Assembly: GCA_016188425.1 (NCBI GenBank) | Contig: JACPHX010000016.1 | Span: 22,161 to 86,160 of the forward strand | DNA from: Candidatus Uhrbacteria bacterium | GTDB lineage: Bacteria > Patescibacteriota > Patescibacteriia > UBA9934 > GWF2-40-263 | Direction of reading: 5' to 3' | Length of the DNA: 64,000 nt | Shown: piece after piece, positions 30,463 to 39,400 of the stretch | How positions within the stretch are numbered: position 1 is the stretch's first letter | Layout of the letters: every line of letters begins with the position of its first letter | Notes under the pieces: generated by a model | Told to the model about the DNA's origin: nothing | What the model saw: the letters and a program-made list of their open reading frames with translations, nothing else | Databases searched by the model: none | Program-made: the position numbers and the translations under genes

Positions 30463-31674
30463 TTAGAAGGTCGCCGTCGCGATGAATCGCATGGCGTCCG
30501 TATAATCAGTGTGGGCTTCTGTGGCACCGGAAATCGCCGCTTTCACGGCAACGCGCGCTTCTCCGCCCGCCACAGGACCGGCCGCGGTGAATATAGGCTC
30601 CGCCGCGGAGCTGGAAGAAGGAGTGACGCCGACGGTATGGTCGCCGGCACCGGCCGTACAGCCGTCCGCGCTCACGTCCCCGTCATAATCGCCATCCATC
30701 AAGATCGTTCCTGTAGTCGCCGAGGTAGAAACAATGCAAATTCCATATCCTTCCGTCCCGGCGACAAGGGCGGTCGCGGCCGAGGTAATCGTGTCCCCTG
30801 GCACCGAGGCCGAGGCCAAATCGATCACGGTATCCGTATTGATGACGGTCACGACGAATCCATCGGTGGCATTGGTGGCAATGTCGAACCAAATGGAATT
30901 GATGGAGCCGCCCGAAGAGGAAACCGCGCTTGAGGTAAGCGTTCCCAAGGCAACCGGAACGGTCGCCGGGTTCGTCTCCGTGTGCGTGATCCCCACATCG
31001 ATATCGAAGGTGAGGGACGCATCCACAGATGCAGTAATCGTAACCGTATCTTCTTCCACGATAGCGACGCTATCCGTTGCCGCATGGGCCGCTGACGTTC
31101 CTTCGTCATCCATCGAGAAATTGAGCGTGTAGCTTCCTGCGGTCGCTGGGTTGATCAGTTCTCCATCTGCCGAGGTTCCATCGATCGTGAATGTCACGAT
31201 CGCGGCGGCGCCAGACGCGGTATACGATGCTCCGCAAGGAATGACGCGGAAAGCGATCGCGGTCGTGTCGATGGCGACACCGACGTTATTTGCTCCATCG
31301 GCACAGGCCACCGTTGTCGTACCGGCGCCGGCGGAAACGGCATTGACTGTGCGCGCCGTCCCATCATTGAAGGTAAAATCAGCGGTTGCCCACGTTCCGG
31401 ACTGCGTAAAAGCAGCCGTTTGAGGGAAATCGTAGATAAGGACATCGGTGGAGCCCGAAACATCGAACGTCGTAGCCGCGGGAAGCGTGAGCAAGATCGT
31501 ATGATCTGCGTTCGTGCTTATTTTGAGCCTGGTCATGGTGTCTTTCACCGCCGTAAACTGCGCGGCGCTGGCCGGGCTTGCGTAGGCGACGAGGGAAACC
31601 AGCATCGCGGCGACAAGCACCCGCGCGATGTTGGTTTTCCAAGAACTCGTTTCAATAACATTCAACATAGTCAT
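30463..31674 (-). CDS. Secreted WxL-like/pilin-like subunit (403 aa)
   Basis: Signal peptide ending ASA; Thr/Ala-rich; C-terminal KAAIS..T.A..YTDAMRFIATATF beta strand. Confidence 0.65.
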   Translation of the reverse strand: MTMLNVIETSSWKTNIARVLVAAMLVSLVAYASPASAAQFTAVKDTMTRLKISTNADHTILLTLPAATTFDVSGSTDVLIYDFPQTAAFTQSGTWATADFTFNDGTARTVNAVSAGAGTTTVACADGANNVGVAIDTTAIAFRVIPCGASYTASGAAAIVTFTIDGTSADGELINPATAGSYTLNFSMDDEGTSAAHAATDSVAIVEEDTVTITASVDASLTFDIDVGITHTETNPATVPVALGTLTSSAVSSSGGSINSIWFDIATNATDGFVVTVINTDTVIDLASASVPGDTITSAATALVAGTEGYGICIVSTSATTGTILMDGDYDGDVSADGCTAGAGDHTVGVTPSSSSAAEPIFTAAGPVAGGEARVAVKAAISGATEAHTDYTDAMRFIATATF

Positions 31675-31849
31675 AATAATCAGTCTCGGAGCGTTTCATG
31701 AAAAGTCGCCCCGAAACAAAAGACATATGTACATTCGACCTTTATTCTGCCTGTGGAAGGTAGCCCTTGCTTCACAGCAGACGTCCCTTGATCTTGGGAC
31801 GTCTGTGGTGAAGAGAGGGTGAAAAATTTTATATGCTAGGCATGCTCTC

Positions 31850-32515
31850 CTAAAAATTAGACGTCGCAATTATCCTGTAAAGCCCCGTGTAGCTCCCTGC
31901 CACCGTAAGGGTGTCAATGGCGGCTTTGAAGGTAATGGTGGTATCGCGCCCCGTCCCCCAAATCGTCCGCGAGGCAAGAATGAGCGGCGTGGCGCTGACC
32001 GCTTGGTCTGTGGCAAAAGCCGCGTCAGCACCGGAAACCGCCACTCCAAACTCTTCGCTTCCGGCAGTGACTGATCCGTCTCCCACATCGTCGATGGTAT
32101 CGAAGGTCGCATTTTGGATCTCCTGGATTTCGGTCATGGCGAGCGTGTAGCCAAAATCCGCATTCGTGGTGACCGAAGCGGTCATGGAGGCGGTACTGAC
32201 CGTTCCGGTAGTAAGGGCGCTTGGGGAAAGAGGCATGCTCACGTCGTCTAGAGACAAAATAAGGATCGGTTCCTCATACACTTCCTCAAACCCATTGAAT
32301 GTTTTGTAGCTCGTGCTTTCCCCTTGGTTCCCCGATCGATCCCCTGTGGCCTCTTGGACGATGTAGTTGGTGGACGTCGCCCGGTTCCCTCCGCTGGTCG
32401 TCGCATCGGCCCACATGATGTAGCTTGGAGAGGAAGATTCAGCCGACGCAAAGAACGGCACCGATGCCGAGAGCATGATCACCCCCACGATCCAGCTGCG
32501 AACAGACACGCACAT
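31850..32515 (-). CDS. Secreted WxL-like/pilin-like subunit (221 aa), paralog of the 403-aa protein's C-domain
   Basis: Signal peptide; TTNADFGY...VTAGSEEFGV...KAAID..TVAGSYTGLYRIIATSNF aligns with the 403-aa protein. Confidence 0.65.
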   Translation of the reverse strand: MCVSVRSWIVGVIMLSASVPFFASAESSSPSYIMWADATTSGGNRATSTNYIVQEATGDRSGNQGESTSYKTFNGFEEVYEEPILILSLDDVSMPLSPSALTTGTVSTASMTASVTTNADFGYTLAMTEIQEIQNATFDTIDDVGDGSVTAGSEEFGVAVSGADAAFATDQAVSATPLILASRTIWGTGRDTTITFKAAIDTLTVAGSYTGLYRIIATSNF

Positions 32516-32634
32516 AATATTGTCCCTATTTTATAGGATCCGGGCGATTGCCACAATAAGAAATATAAAGCATACTTGCACTTCGGCGGCCTCCGTCCAC
32601 ATTTATTCAACCCCCAACACACGCTTTCGCCTTT

Positions 32635-33831
32635 ATGTCATCTTTTTTTGTCCTGGGTTCGCACCCAAGCATCTCCCTGGCCGAACTCATCCAAACCAAC
32701 CCCGCGCTTTCCCCGATCACCGTGCGGTCGAAGGAAATTGCCGTCTCTGAATCTGCATTGGAAACAGCCGACGCCCGCCGATTAGGCGGTTTGATAAAGA
32801 CAGGGACCATCATCGCCTCCACCGACGGATCCAATCCTGCCCTACTGGAAGCACTCCACATCCATCTCAAAAAACATGGATCCGAGACACGGGCCAAATT
32901 TGGCATAAGCGACTACCGCCCCGGTGCCTCATCCACGGAAAAGATGGGGCTGGCTATCAAATCCCTCCTCAAAGAGGCAGGGACACCGGCCCGGTTCGTC
33001 TCGGCCAAGGAAACAACGCTCTCCTCGGTCATCGTGTCGACGAACAAATTGCTTCCACCCACAGGATACGACTTCTGCCTTTTCCCCAACCCTGACGGTG
33101 GATGCGATATTGGGGTGACCACCTACGTCCAATCCTTCCAATCTTGGTCGCGACGTGATTTCGGTCGGCCGCGCCGCGATGCGAAAGCGGGGATGCTGCC
33201 TCCGAAGCTCGCTCGCATGTTGGTGAACCTCGCCAACGGAAACCCAACCAAAGACGTCCTCATCGACCCGTTCTGTGGCTCTGGCACCGTGCTTATGGAA
33301 GCCGCCCTGCTTGGATATGCACACTTGATTGGCTCGGACATCACTGCATCTGCTGTGGCAAACTCAAAAGCCAACCTCCTTTGGCTCCGCAAAGACGGCT
33401 ATGCCGTGCCTCCGATCCTTCTCATGAAAACTCCCGCCCAAGAACTCCCGGGGCTCATGGCAAAAAAAGCAGACCGTATCGTTGCCGAAGTACATTTGGG
33501 CGCACCAAAACAAGGAGTAGAAACAGAAAAATATCTCCGAGAAGAAATCAAAAGTCTCGCGGTCATGTACACGCAAGTTCTACGCCAGCTTGGACAAATC
33601 GCGAACAAGAAAGCCGTTGCCGTCCTCGCCTTCCCTATATATAGGTTCGGCGGCACCTGGCTTGCGCTCCCCATTAAGGACATCGTCGAGGGAAGCGGTT
33701 GGGCCATCCGGCCTGCGACGGCAAAATGGCCTGATCGCTTTAACCCATCACTTTCTCCCAACGGTGGACTACTCTACGCCCGCAAAGAACAGCATGTAGG
33801 CCGCGATATCATCGTTCTTGAGAAGGTATGA
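32635..33831 (+). CDS. SAM-dependent RNA methyltransferase (Trm11/THUMP-associated type)
   Basis: GMLPPKLARMLVNL; IDPFCGSGTVLMEA; LIGSDI. Confidence 0.75.
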   Translation: MSSFFVLGSHPSISLAELIQTNPALSPITVRSKEIAVSESALETADARRLGGLIKTGTIIASTDGSNPALLEALHIHLKKHGSETRAKFGISDYRPGASSTEKMGLAIKSLLKEAGTPARFVSAKETTLSSVIVSTNKLLPPTGYDFCLFPNPDGGCDIGVTTYVQSFQSWSRRDFGRPRRDAKAGMLPPKLARMLVNLANGNPTKDVLIDPFCGSGTVLMEAALLGYAHLIGSDITASAVANSKANLLWLRKDGYAVPPILLMKTPAQELPGLMAKKADRIVAEVHLGAPKQGVETEKYLREEIKSLAVMYTQVLRQLGQIANKKAVAVLAFPIYRFGGTWLALPIKDIVEGSGWAIRPATAKWPDRFNPSLSPNGGLLYARKEQHVGRDIIVLEKV

Positions 33832-34628
33832 TTGGATTCTTCGACTCGGGAGTGGGTGGGCTCACCATCATCGAGGAAGTCCATCGACGGTTGCCCTCCT
33901 ACGGGACTGTCTATCTCGGAGACTCCGCTCGCATGCCTTACGGAGAGAAAAGGCACGACGAATTAGTCCAATTCCTTTGGGAAGGAGCGCAGTGGCTGTT
34001 TGCACGAGGATGCTCCCTTATCATCGTCGCCTGCAATTCCGCCTCCGCGAGCGCGCTGCGGGAGGTACAACAGACAAAACTCTCCTCGTTTCCGGGGCGT
34101 CGCATTCTTGGGGTCATCCGACCGACCGTTGAGGAACTCTCTCATCAAGGATATAAGCGAATCCTTGTGCTTTCGACGACGGCGACCAAAAAGAGCGAGG
34201 CATATGTGCATGAATTTGCTAAAATCAATCCTTCCATCCAGGTCATCTCGCACGCCTGCCCCAACTGGGGGCCGATGGTTGAGGAAGGAAAGGCGGTGTC
34301 TATTGAAATGAAAATCGAGGTGAATCGGGAGCTGTCTCTGGTTGACGATCCGTCAGCAATCGACGCTGTCCTGCTCGCCTGCACACATTATCCGTATGTC
34401 CGTGAGGATGTGGAGGCATTCTTCCTATACAAAATCCCCGTGTTTAACCAAGGAAACCTCGTCGCGAGCTCGTTGGAGGATTACCTCCTCCGACACCCAG
34501 AGATGGAACGGACGCTCACAAAAGACGGGGCGCGCGAGTATTTCACCACCGGAGACGTCGCAAATGCGGATTTCCTGGCATCAAAACGGTTTGGATACGA
34601 TGTCCGGTTCCAAAATACGTTTGTATAA
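33828..34628 (+). CDS. murI: Glutamate racemase
   Basis: IGFFDSGVGGLT; PYGEK; VACNSAS; LACTHYP. Confidence 0.96.
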   Translation: MIGFFDSGVGGLTIIEEVHRRLPSYGTVYLGDSARMPYGEKRHDELVQFLWEGAQWLFARGCSLIIVACNSASASALREVQQTKLSSFPGRRILGVIRPTVEELSHQGYKRILVLSTTATKKSEAYVHEFAKINPSIQVISHACPNWGPMVEEGKAVSIEMKIEVNRELSLVDDPSAIDAVLLACTHYPYVREDVEAFFLYKIPVFNQGNLVASSLEDYLLRHPEMERTLTKDGAREYFTTGDVANADFLASKRFGYDVRFQNTFV

Positions 34629-34662
34629 AATAGGCGGGGTCACTTGACCCCGCCTATTTTAT
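34625..34662. terminator. Bidirectional terminator between murI and ychF
   Basis: Perfect inverted repeat ataaaataggcggggtca-ct-tgaccccgcctattttat. Confidence 0.85.
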
Positions 34663-34693
34663 GATAGTTCTTAATAATCAATCTTCCATCTCC

Positions 34694-34752
34694 CTTGTTC
34701 ACCCCTGTTCACCCTTGTTCGCTCTTGTTCCCCCTTGTCCCCCTTGGTCACC
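34694..34752. repeat. Degenerate 9-mer tandem repeat (cccttgttc)n
   Basis: ccttgttcacccctgttcacccttgttcgctcttgttcccccttgtccccct; a similar run occurs at 48903-48928. Confidence 0.6.
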
Positions 34753-34757
34753 TCCCC

Positions 34758-35822
34758 CTAGGCGATCCTAAAATGACACACGTCCCCATCCCTCATCACA
34801 TATTCCTTCCCCTCCACCCGCAATTTGCCCGCTTCCTTCGCTCCATGCTCTCCCAGCGCGACAAAATCTTTCCAATCAATAACCTCCGCACGAATAAAGC
34901 CCTTTTCAAAATCCGTATGGATAACGCCCGCGGCTTGCGGCGCCTTCGTTCCTCGATGAATCGTCCAGGCCCTTGTTTCCATTTCTCCTGACGTAAAATA
35001 CGTAATCAACCCAAGAAATCTATACGATTCGCGGATGAGACGATCCAGCCCGGGCTCTGTAATTCCCAATGATTCCAAGATCGGTTTCTGGTCCTCTGGC
35101 GCCATTTCTACAATCTCCGACTCAATCTTGATCGAGAGAGGGACCACTAGCTCGCGATCATTTAACAGAGTCGGAGGAGACGCCAACTGATCTTCACTGA
35201 CATTTAATACGAAAATGACTGGTTTCGCGGTCAGTAACTGAAGCGGCTTGATCATTTCCTTCTCTTTTTCCGTTTCAATGACACTCCGTGCCGATTTTCC
35301 CGTCGAAAGTGCAGCATCAACCTTCAACAAAAAAGCTTCCTCCTCTTCCAACTCCTTTGTCTTCCCAGATTTCATCACTCCATGCACCGCTGTCAGCCGC
35401 TTGCCGACGGCAACCATATCCGCCATCGCCAGCTCGATATCGATAACTTCGACATCACGAAGAATGTCTACGCCACCCTCGACATGATGCACATTTGTGT
35501 CCACAAAGGCGCGGACAACATGCGCGATCATGTCGACTTCTCGGATCGTCGCGAGAAACTTGTTTCCAAGCCCTTCTCCTTTGCTCGCCCCTTTCACAAG
35601 ACCAGCGATATCAACGAACTCGATCGCCGCCGTGATGATTTTTCCTGATTTTGAAACCGCCGCCAGCTGTTTTAGCCGATCATCCGGCACTTCCACTGTC
35701 CCAACATTGGGTTCAATCGTACAAAACGGAAAATTCTCGCAAGGAACTTGTTTTTTGGTGAGCGTTTTGAACAGCGTAGATTTACCGACGTTTGGGAGAC
35801 CGACGATACCGACTTTGAGCAT
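34758..35822 (-). CDS. ychF: Redox-regulated ATPase YchF
   Basis: [14 protein letters not shown]; FPFCTIEPN; [20 protein letters not shown]; [20 protein letters not shown]. Confidence 0.98.
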   Translation of the reverse strand: MLKVGIVGLPNVGKSTLFKTLTKKQVPCENFPFCTIEPNVGTVEVPDDRLKQLAAVSKSGKIITAAIEFVDIAGLVKGASKGEGLGNKFLATIREVDMIAHVVRAFVDTNVHHVEGGVDILRDVEVIDIELAMADMVAVGKRLTAVHGVMKSGKTKELEEEEAFLLKVDAALSTGKSARSVIETEKEKEMIKPLQLLTAKPVIFVLNVSEDQLASPPTLLNDRELVVPLSIKIESEIVEMAPEDQKPILESLGITEPGLDRLIRESYRFLGLITYFTSGEMETRAWTIHRGTKAPQAAGVIHTDFEKGFIRAEVIDWKDFVALGEHGAKEAGKLRVEGKEYVMRDGDVCHFRIA

Positions 35823-35879
35823 AAGAGAGATGTAATGGGGAGTATATCGGCGGGAAGGAGGAAAAACAAGGCGTCGGCC

Positions 35880-35920
35880 GCTAACCCCGAGCGTTAGCAC
35901 TGCTAACGCTCGGGGTTAAT
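35880..35920. promoter_or_regulatory. Double dyad GCTAAC-N7-GTTAGC upstream of ychF (repeat family C)
   Basis: GCTAACcccgagcGTTAGCactGCTAACgctcgggGTTAat; the whole element is itself a palindrome. Confidence 0.5.
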
Positions 35921-35967
35921 AGAATTAAAAAGCTCCGCTGGCTGGAGCCGAGACGAAGCGTTCGGCA

Positions 35968-36243
35968 TTAACCCTTTTGTGTCCGGTAAATAGAGTGATC
36001 TCCGACTCGCAACAATACCACCTCGTGATCCCCTAAAAACTGGAATAACACTCGATTTCTAAAATCGACGGAGAATGACCATGTTCCTTTCAAGGGACCA
36101 GATAACTTATGCGTTTTTAAGAGCGGGTGAAACGGATTTTCCTCAAAAAGGCGACCGCGATCTTTCAAAAGAATTTGAATGTCTGACGGTAATTTTTTGT
36201 AGTCCCTCTTGAATTCAGGTGCATAGAGGATAAAGAGATGCAT
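35968..36243 (-). CDS. Type II toxin, RelE/YafQ-like mRNA interferase
   Basis: FKRDYKKL...NPFHPLLKTHKLSGPLKGTWSFSV...RVLF...VGDH. Confidence 0.88.
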   Translation of the reverse strand: MHLFILYAPEFKRDYKKLPSDIQILLKDRGRLFEENPFHPLLKTHKLSGPLKGTWSFSVDFRNRVLFQFLGDHEVVLLRVGDHSIYRTQKG

Positions 36244-36246
36244 ATA

Positions 36247-36522
36247 TTAAGCATCCAAATCGTTCCAATCCAACAGACGCTTGGTTTTTCCTTGTTTACA
36301 GGAAGCAAGCGCCTCTTTCACGAGCTTGTCAGTGTGCTTTTCATCCCAGGCGTACCCATCCTCCACCAACGCATTGTAGGTTTCCACATCCAAGACCACC
36401 GCTTCCGGGACACTGTTATTAATAAGAAGAACGGCATCATGCGTCCGTTTCGCCATGTCGAGCACTTTTCGGTAATTCCTCTGAAGATCCCGAACGGAGT
36501 AGGAGGGGGTGATTGGTTGCAT
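36247..36522 (-). CDS. Type II antitoxin, Phd/YefM family
   Basis: SVRDLQRNYRKVL....AVLLINNSVPEAVVLD...Y; lies directly upstream of the toxin. Confidence 0.88.
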   Translation of the reverse strand: MQPITPSYSVRDLQRNYRKVLDMAKRTHDAVLLINNSVPEAVVLDVETYNALVEDGYAWDEKHTDKLVKEALASCKQGKTKRLLDWNDLDA

Positions 36523-36541
36523 AGAAGTATAGATTGCTGAC

Positions 36542-36570
36542 ATTGTATTATACGTCCAATTGCATGTCAA
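36542..36570 (-). promoter_or_regulatory. Sigma70-type promoter of the TA operon
   Basis: TTGACA-N17-TACAAT on the minus strand. Confidence 0.75.
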
Positions 36571-36607
36571 ACTAATCTGCCAGCGCTCGAGGTTGCACAA
36601 AACATCT

Positions 36608-36760
36608 ATGGAATTCATCGACACCGTGAACGGTTCAAACAAAGTCGTGGGCCAAATTACCAAGGATGATCTGTCTGTTTTCGAAAGTTCTTTAATAATC
36701 TATGTACATTTTCTTGACCATGACCTTCCCATGCCGTATTCTACCGCCATCCCAAAGTAA
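36608..36760 (+). pseudogene. Possible N-terminal remnant of a NUDIX/IDI-type gene
   Basis: MEFIDTVNGSNKVVGQITK resembles NUDIX N-termini (E..D.VD....VIG...K), but no NUDIX box follows. Confidence 0.3.
36714..36742 (+). promoter_or_regulatory. Promoter of tRNA-Ala(GGC)
   Basis: TTGACC-N17-TATTCT about 21 nt upstream of the tRNA. Confidence 0.6.
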
Positions 36761-36763
36761 TAC

Positions 36764-36839
36764 GGGCTCTTAGCTCAGTTGGTAGAGCGCTTCCATGGCA
36801 TGGAAGAGGCCAAGGGTTCGAATCCCTTAGAGTCCACCA
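36764..36839 (+). tRNA. tRNA-Ala(GGC)
   Basis: GGGCTCT/AGAGTCC acceptor stem with G3:U70; anticodon loop ATGGCAT; GTTCGAA T-loop; encoded ACCA. Confidence 0.97.
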
Positions 36840-36936
36840 CGAACCAAACCTGGTCCATGGTTGGTTAAACCGCAGAGCAACCATCTCTGTGGTTGCCCCG
36901 CCGCCAATCGTCCAGGTACGAGGTTTGATACGTGGT
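36840..36936 (+). ncRNA. Conserved 97-nt tRNA-Ala trailer hairpin, copy A (unknown function)
   Basis: 75/97 ungapped identity (manual count) to 47263-47359; terminal inverted repeat plus inner stem aaccgcagag/ctctgtggtt. Confidence 0.6.
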
Positions 36937-36941
36937 CCACC

Positions 36942-36978
36942 AAAAACCCCCTTCGATATTGAAGGGGGTTTTTGTTTT
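36942..36978. terminator. Terminator after tRNA-Ala(GGC) and its trailer
   Basis: aaaaacccccttc-gatatt-gaagggggtttttgtttt. Confidence 0.85.
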
Positions 36979-36985
36979 TACTCAT

Positions 36986-39337
36986 TTATTCCCCCACCGT
37001 TTTCTTCCCCAGTATCTCCGGGAGATTCTCATTCAATTTTCCCGCCTTCAATCGCGCAAGCCGTGCCTGCGCAAGCTGGTCCTCTGGATTGTACTCGAGG
37101 ATTTTTTCAACCTGTTCGATGGCCTTGGCCCCCTCCTTTTGTCGCTCATAAACCGTTGCCAGGAACCAACGGGCATTCGCGTACCCAGGGAGGAGGTTCA
37201 CGGCATGTTCAAGCGATTGCTGTGCGCGATTCACGTCCCCGTCAGCGTTTCGTCGTAAATACAGCAGACCGAGCTGAAAATAGACGCCGACATCGTACTC
37301 GTTATATCGCGCCACGCTCTCCATTTTACCAATGGCATCATCCATCCGGCCTTGCTGCTGGTAGACAAGCCCAAGCTGGTAGTGCGCCGGCGCATAATCG
37401 GGCTTGAGAATGATGGCCTGATCGAATAGTCCCTCGGCACGTTTGAGCGATTCATCTCGTTTGCGGGTTGCGGCAGCCGCGTCTCCGCCGGCTTTCGCTC
37501 CTTCCGCCACTTCTTTTGCGGCAATCGCCGTCTGGGCCAAACCATACTCAACCGCTACTGCGGGGCTGTTGGGTTCGCGCTCATATGCGGCCGCAAACGC
37601 AAGGAGCGCTCCCGAGGCCGCCTCTGGCAACAGGGGAATGAGCTCTCGTTCCACCTGCCCCAATATGAGCCAATTGCGGGCATTCCCAGGCGCAAGACGC
37701 GTTGCCTCCTTCGCCGCTTCGACAGAGAGCGCGGCGGTATCCTTGAGGGCCGTCTTCACCTCCTCGGGCATCGCCTCTGTGTCCGAATATTCCCCGACTT
37801 TTTCATTCAACAGAAACAGCAAACTTCTGGACAAGTTGCGGACATAGAGGTCGTTCCATCTGTTGAGATCTCTCGCGCGGTCCAGACGCTCCACGACCTC
37901 CAGGATGGACGCATGGGTTCGATCCGATCGGATAGCTTGCGCATAGACGATTTCCGACGCGTAACGCTGCCCGCTGAAAAAGACCAACCATGTTCCCGCG
38001 AACACTCCGAGAACAAAAACGACGATTCTCCATGTGCGTTTCGCTGGCTTGTTTGGGTGAGAGGCCGCCCGTCGATTCTCTTGGAGAGAAACGCCCTGAT
38101 CCCCAACCACAGACAGAGCCGAGAGACAAAAAATGAAAAACCCAAGAAGAACCAGGCTGATTGGATACACAAAGAACAAAACAAAACTCATCACGAAACC
38201 CAATACCCAAGGAAGTTGCTCTGGATCGAGGATTTTCCGTCGGACAAGCTGAAACAGGGTGATGACAGGAGCAACAAGGAAGCACAGCAACCCCAGCCAC
38301 CCGAAACTGGCGACTATATTGAAGAGAAAGGAATAGGCGTGATCGATACGCGTGTCCCAAAATCCAGTTTTTGCCATAGCAGGATCATGGTATTTCGCAA
38401 ACCCGAATTGGAATGTTCCACCTCCGGACCCGAGAAGGGATGAGGAATGGGAAAGAATCTTCGACACGACTTCTTTGGAAGCAGAAAAGGAAGGAGTTGC
38501 TTCCAAGGGAGGATGTACGCCCAAAAAACCAGGGAAGACGAAGAGGAATGCAGAGGCGATAAGGCAAGAAGTGAATGAAACCAATGCCAGTTTATAGCGG
38601 GGGTACCTTGTCGCGTCTGCTATGACCGCAATACATACTATCAAGGATCCGGCTGCGAAAAATCCTAGAGCAAGCCCGTAATCCACTGCGGCAAGGATAA
38701 AAAGCGAGGAAATGGCTGTCACCCAGGTCATGATCGCCTCCCAGAGAGCAAAACGTTCGTGGCGCGTTTGAAAAGGCAGCATCGCCAGCGCGAACACGCC
38801 ATACACCGCTGCAACCAGAGAGAGCTGGTTTGCGGTGCCCACGGAATTCACTCCTGACAGAACCCAGCTGGAAGGAACCAAGATGCCAACGACAGCGAGC
38901 GTCCCCGCACCCGCTCCACCTGTGACCATGGCGTGACGAAACGCACGGCGGAAAGGACTATCCATCCACGCGAATCGAAACGATACTATGGCGCAGAACA
39001 GGCCAATCCACGTCAGCACGCTCTCGGTCTCAATTCCTGATCCGCCAATCCATGAACGATACGGAGTGGACGAGCCCAGTGCCGCCACCGCTGTCACCGC
39101 TACAAAAGCCAATACAGAGAGAACGGAAGGAGGAAAAAGTTTCTGCGCACTGGGCTGCTTCAGTTGGGAACCTAGCACCCCGATAAACGACAAAACGGAA
39201 AGGACAACCAGCATTGTTTGTTTTGTGATTTCAAATGGCTCCAATGTAAAAGGCAAAAACGCCACAGGCATCAACACCGCCAAAGCGATGAGGGACCAAC
39301 GGTTCAATTTCAAAAAAAAGGAGGTGTCCCTCTGCAT
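36986..39337 (-). CDS. O-antigen ligase/Wzy_C-like polytopic membrane protein with C-terminal TPR repeats
   Basis: More than 10 TM helices; LLGSGGGTF...HAYS...FGWLGL motif; TPRs (PDYAPAHYQLGLVY, YANARWFLA). Confidence 0.8.
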   Translation of the reverse strand: MQRDTSFFLKLNRWSLIALAVLMPVAFLPFTLEPFEITKQTMLVVLSVLSFIGVLGSQLKQPSAQKLFPPSVLSVLAFVAVTAVAALGSSTPYRSWIGGSGIETESVLTWIGLFCAIVSFRFAWMDSPFRRAFRHAMVTGGAGAGTLAVVGILVPSSWVLSGVNSVGTANQLSLVAAVYGVFALAMLPFQTRHERFALWEAIMTWVTAISSLFILAAVDYGLALGFFAAGSLIVCIAVIADATRYPRYKLALVSFTSCLIASAFLFVFPGFLGVHPPLEATPSFSASKEVVSKILSHSSSLLGSGGGTFQFGFAKYHDPAMAKTGFWDTRIDHAYSFLFNIVASFGWLGLLCFLVAPVITLFQLVRRKILDPEQLPWVLGFVMSFVLFFVYPISLVLLGFFIFCLSALSVVGDQGVSLQENRRAASHPNKPAKRTWRIVVFVLGVFAGTWLVFFSGQRYASEIVYAQAIRSDRTHASILEVVERLDRARDLNRWNDLYVRNLSRSLLFLLNEKVGEYSDTEAMPEEVKTALKDTAALSVEAAKEATRLAPGNARNWLILGQVERELIPLLPEAASGALLAFAAAYEREPNSPAVAVEYGLAQTAIAAKEVAEGAKAGGDAAAATRKRDESLKRAEGLFDQAIILKPDYAPAHYQLGLVYQQQGRMDDAIGKMESVARYNEYDVGVYFQLGLLYLRRNADGDVNRAQQSLEHAVNLLPGYANARWFLATVYERQKEGAKAIEQVEKILEYNPEDQLAQARLARLKAGKLNENLPEILGKKTVGE

Positions 39338-39400
39338 ATGCAGATGATTATATCGCACACCGCATCACGGGAACAGCACAAAACAAAAAACAATACGCAA

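Noticed and set aside
34694-34752. CRISPR array or phase-variation tract
   Set aside because: Degenerate 7-9-mer intergenic repeats without spacers; no cas genes in the window.
35880-35920. CIRCE element
   Set aside because: Contains TTAGCAC/TGCTAA but lacks the TTAGCACTC-N9-GAGTGCTAA spacing.
36840-36945. tmRNA, SRP RNA, 6S RNA or integron attC identity for the trailer
   Set aside because: No tmRNA tag or T-arm, no SRP GGAA-loop motif, too short for 6S, and the ends do not fit RYYYAAC/GTTRRRY.
39312-39319. A8 homopolymer near the 5' end of the Wzy/TPR gene as a phase-variation switch
   Set aside because: The tract is short, the frame is intact, and similar runs occur elsewhere; there is no supporting evidence.
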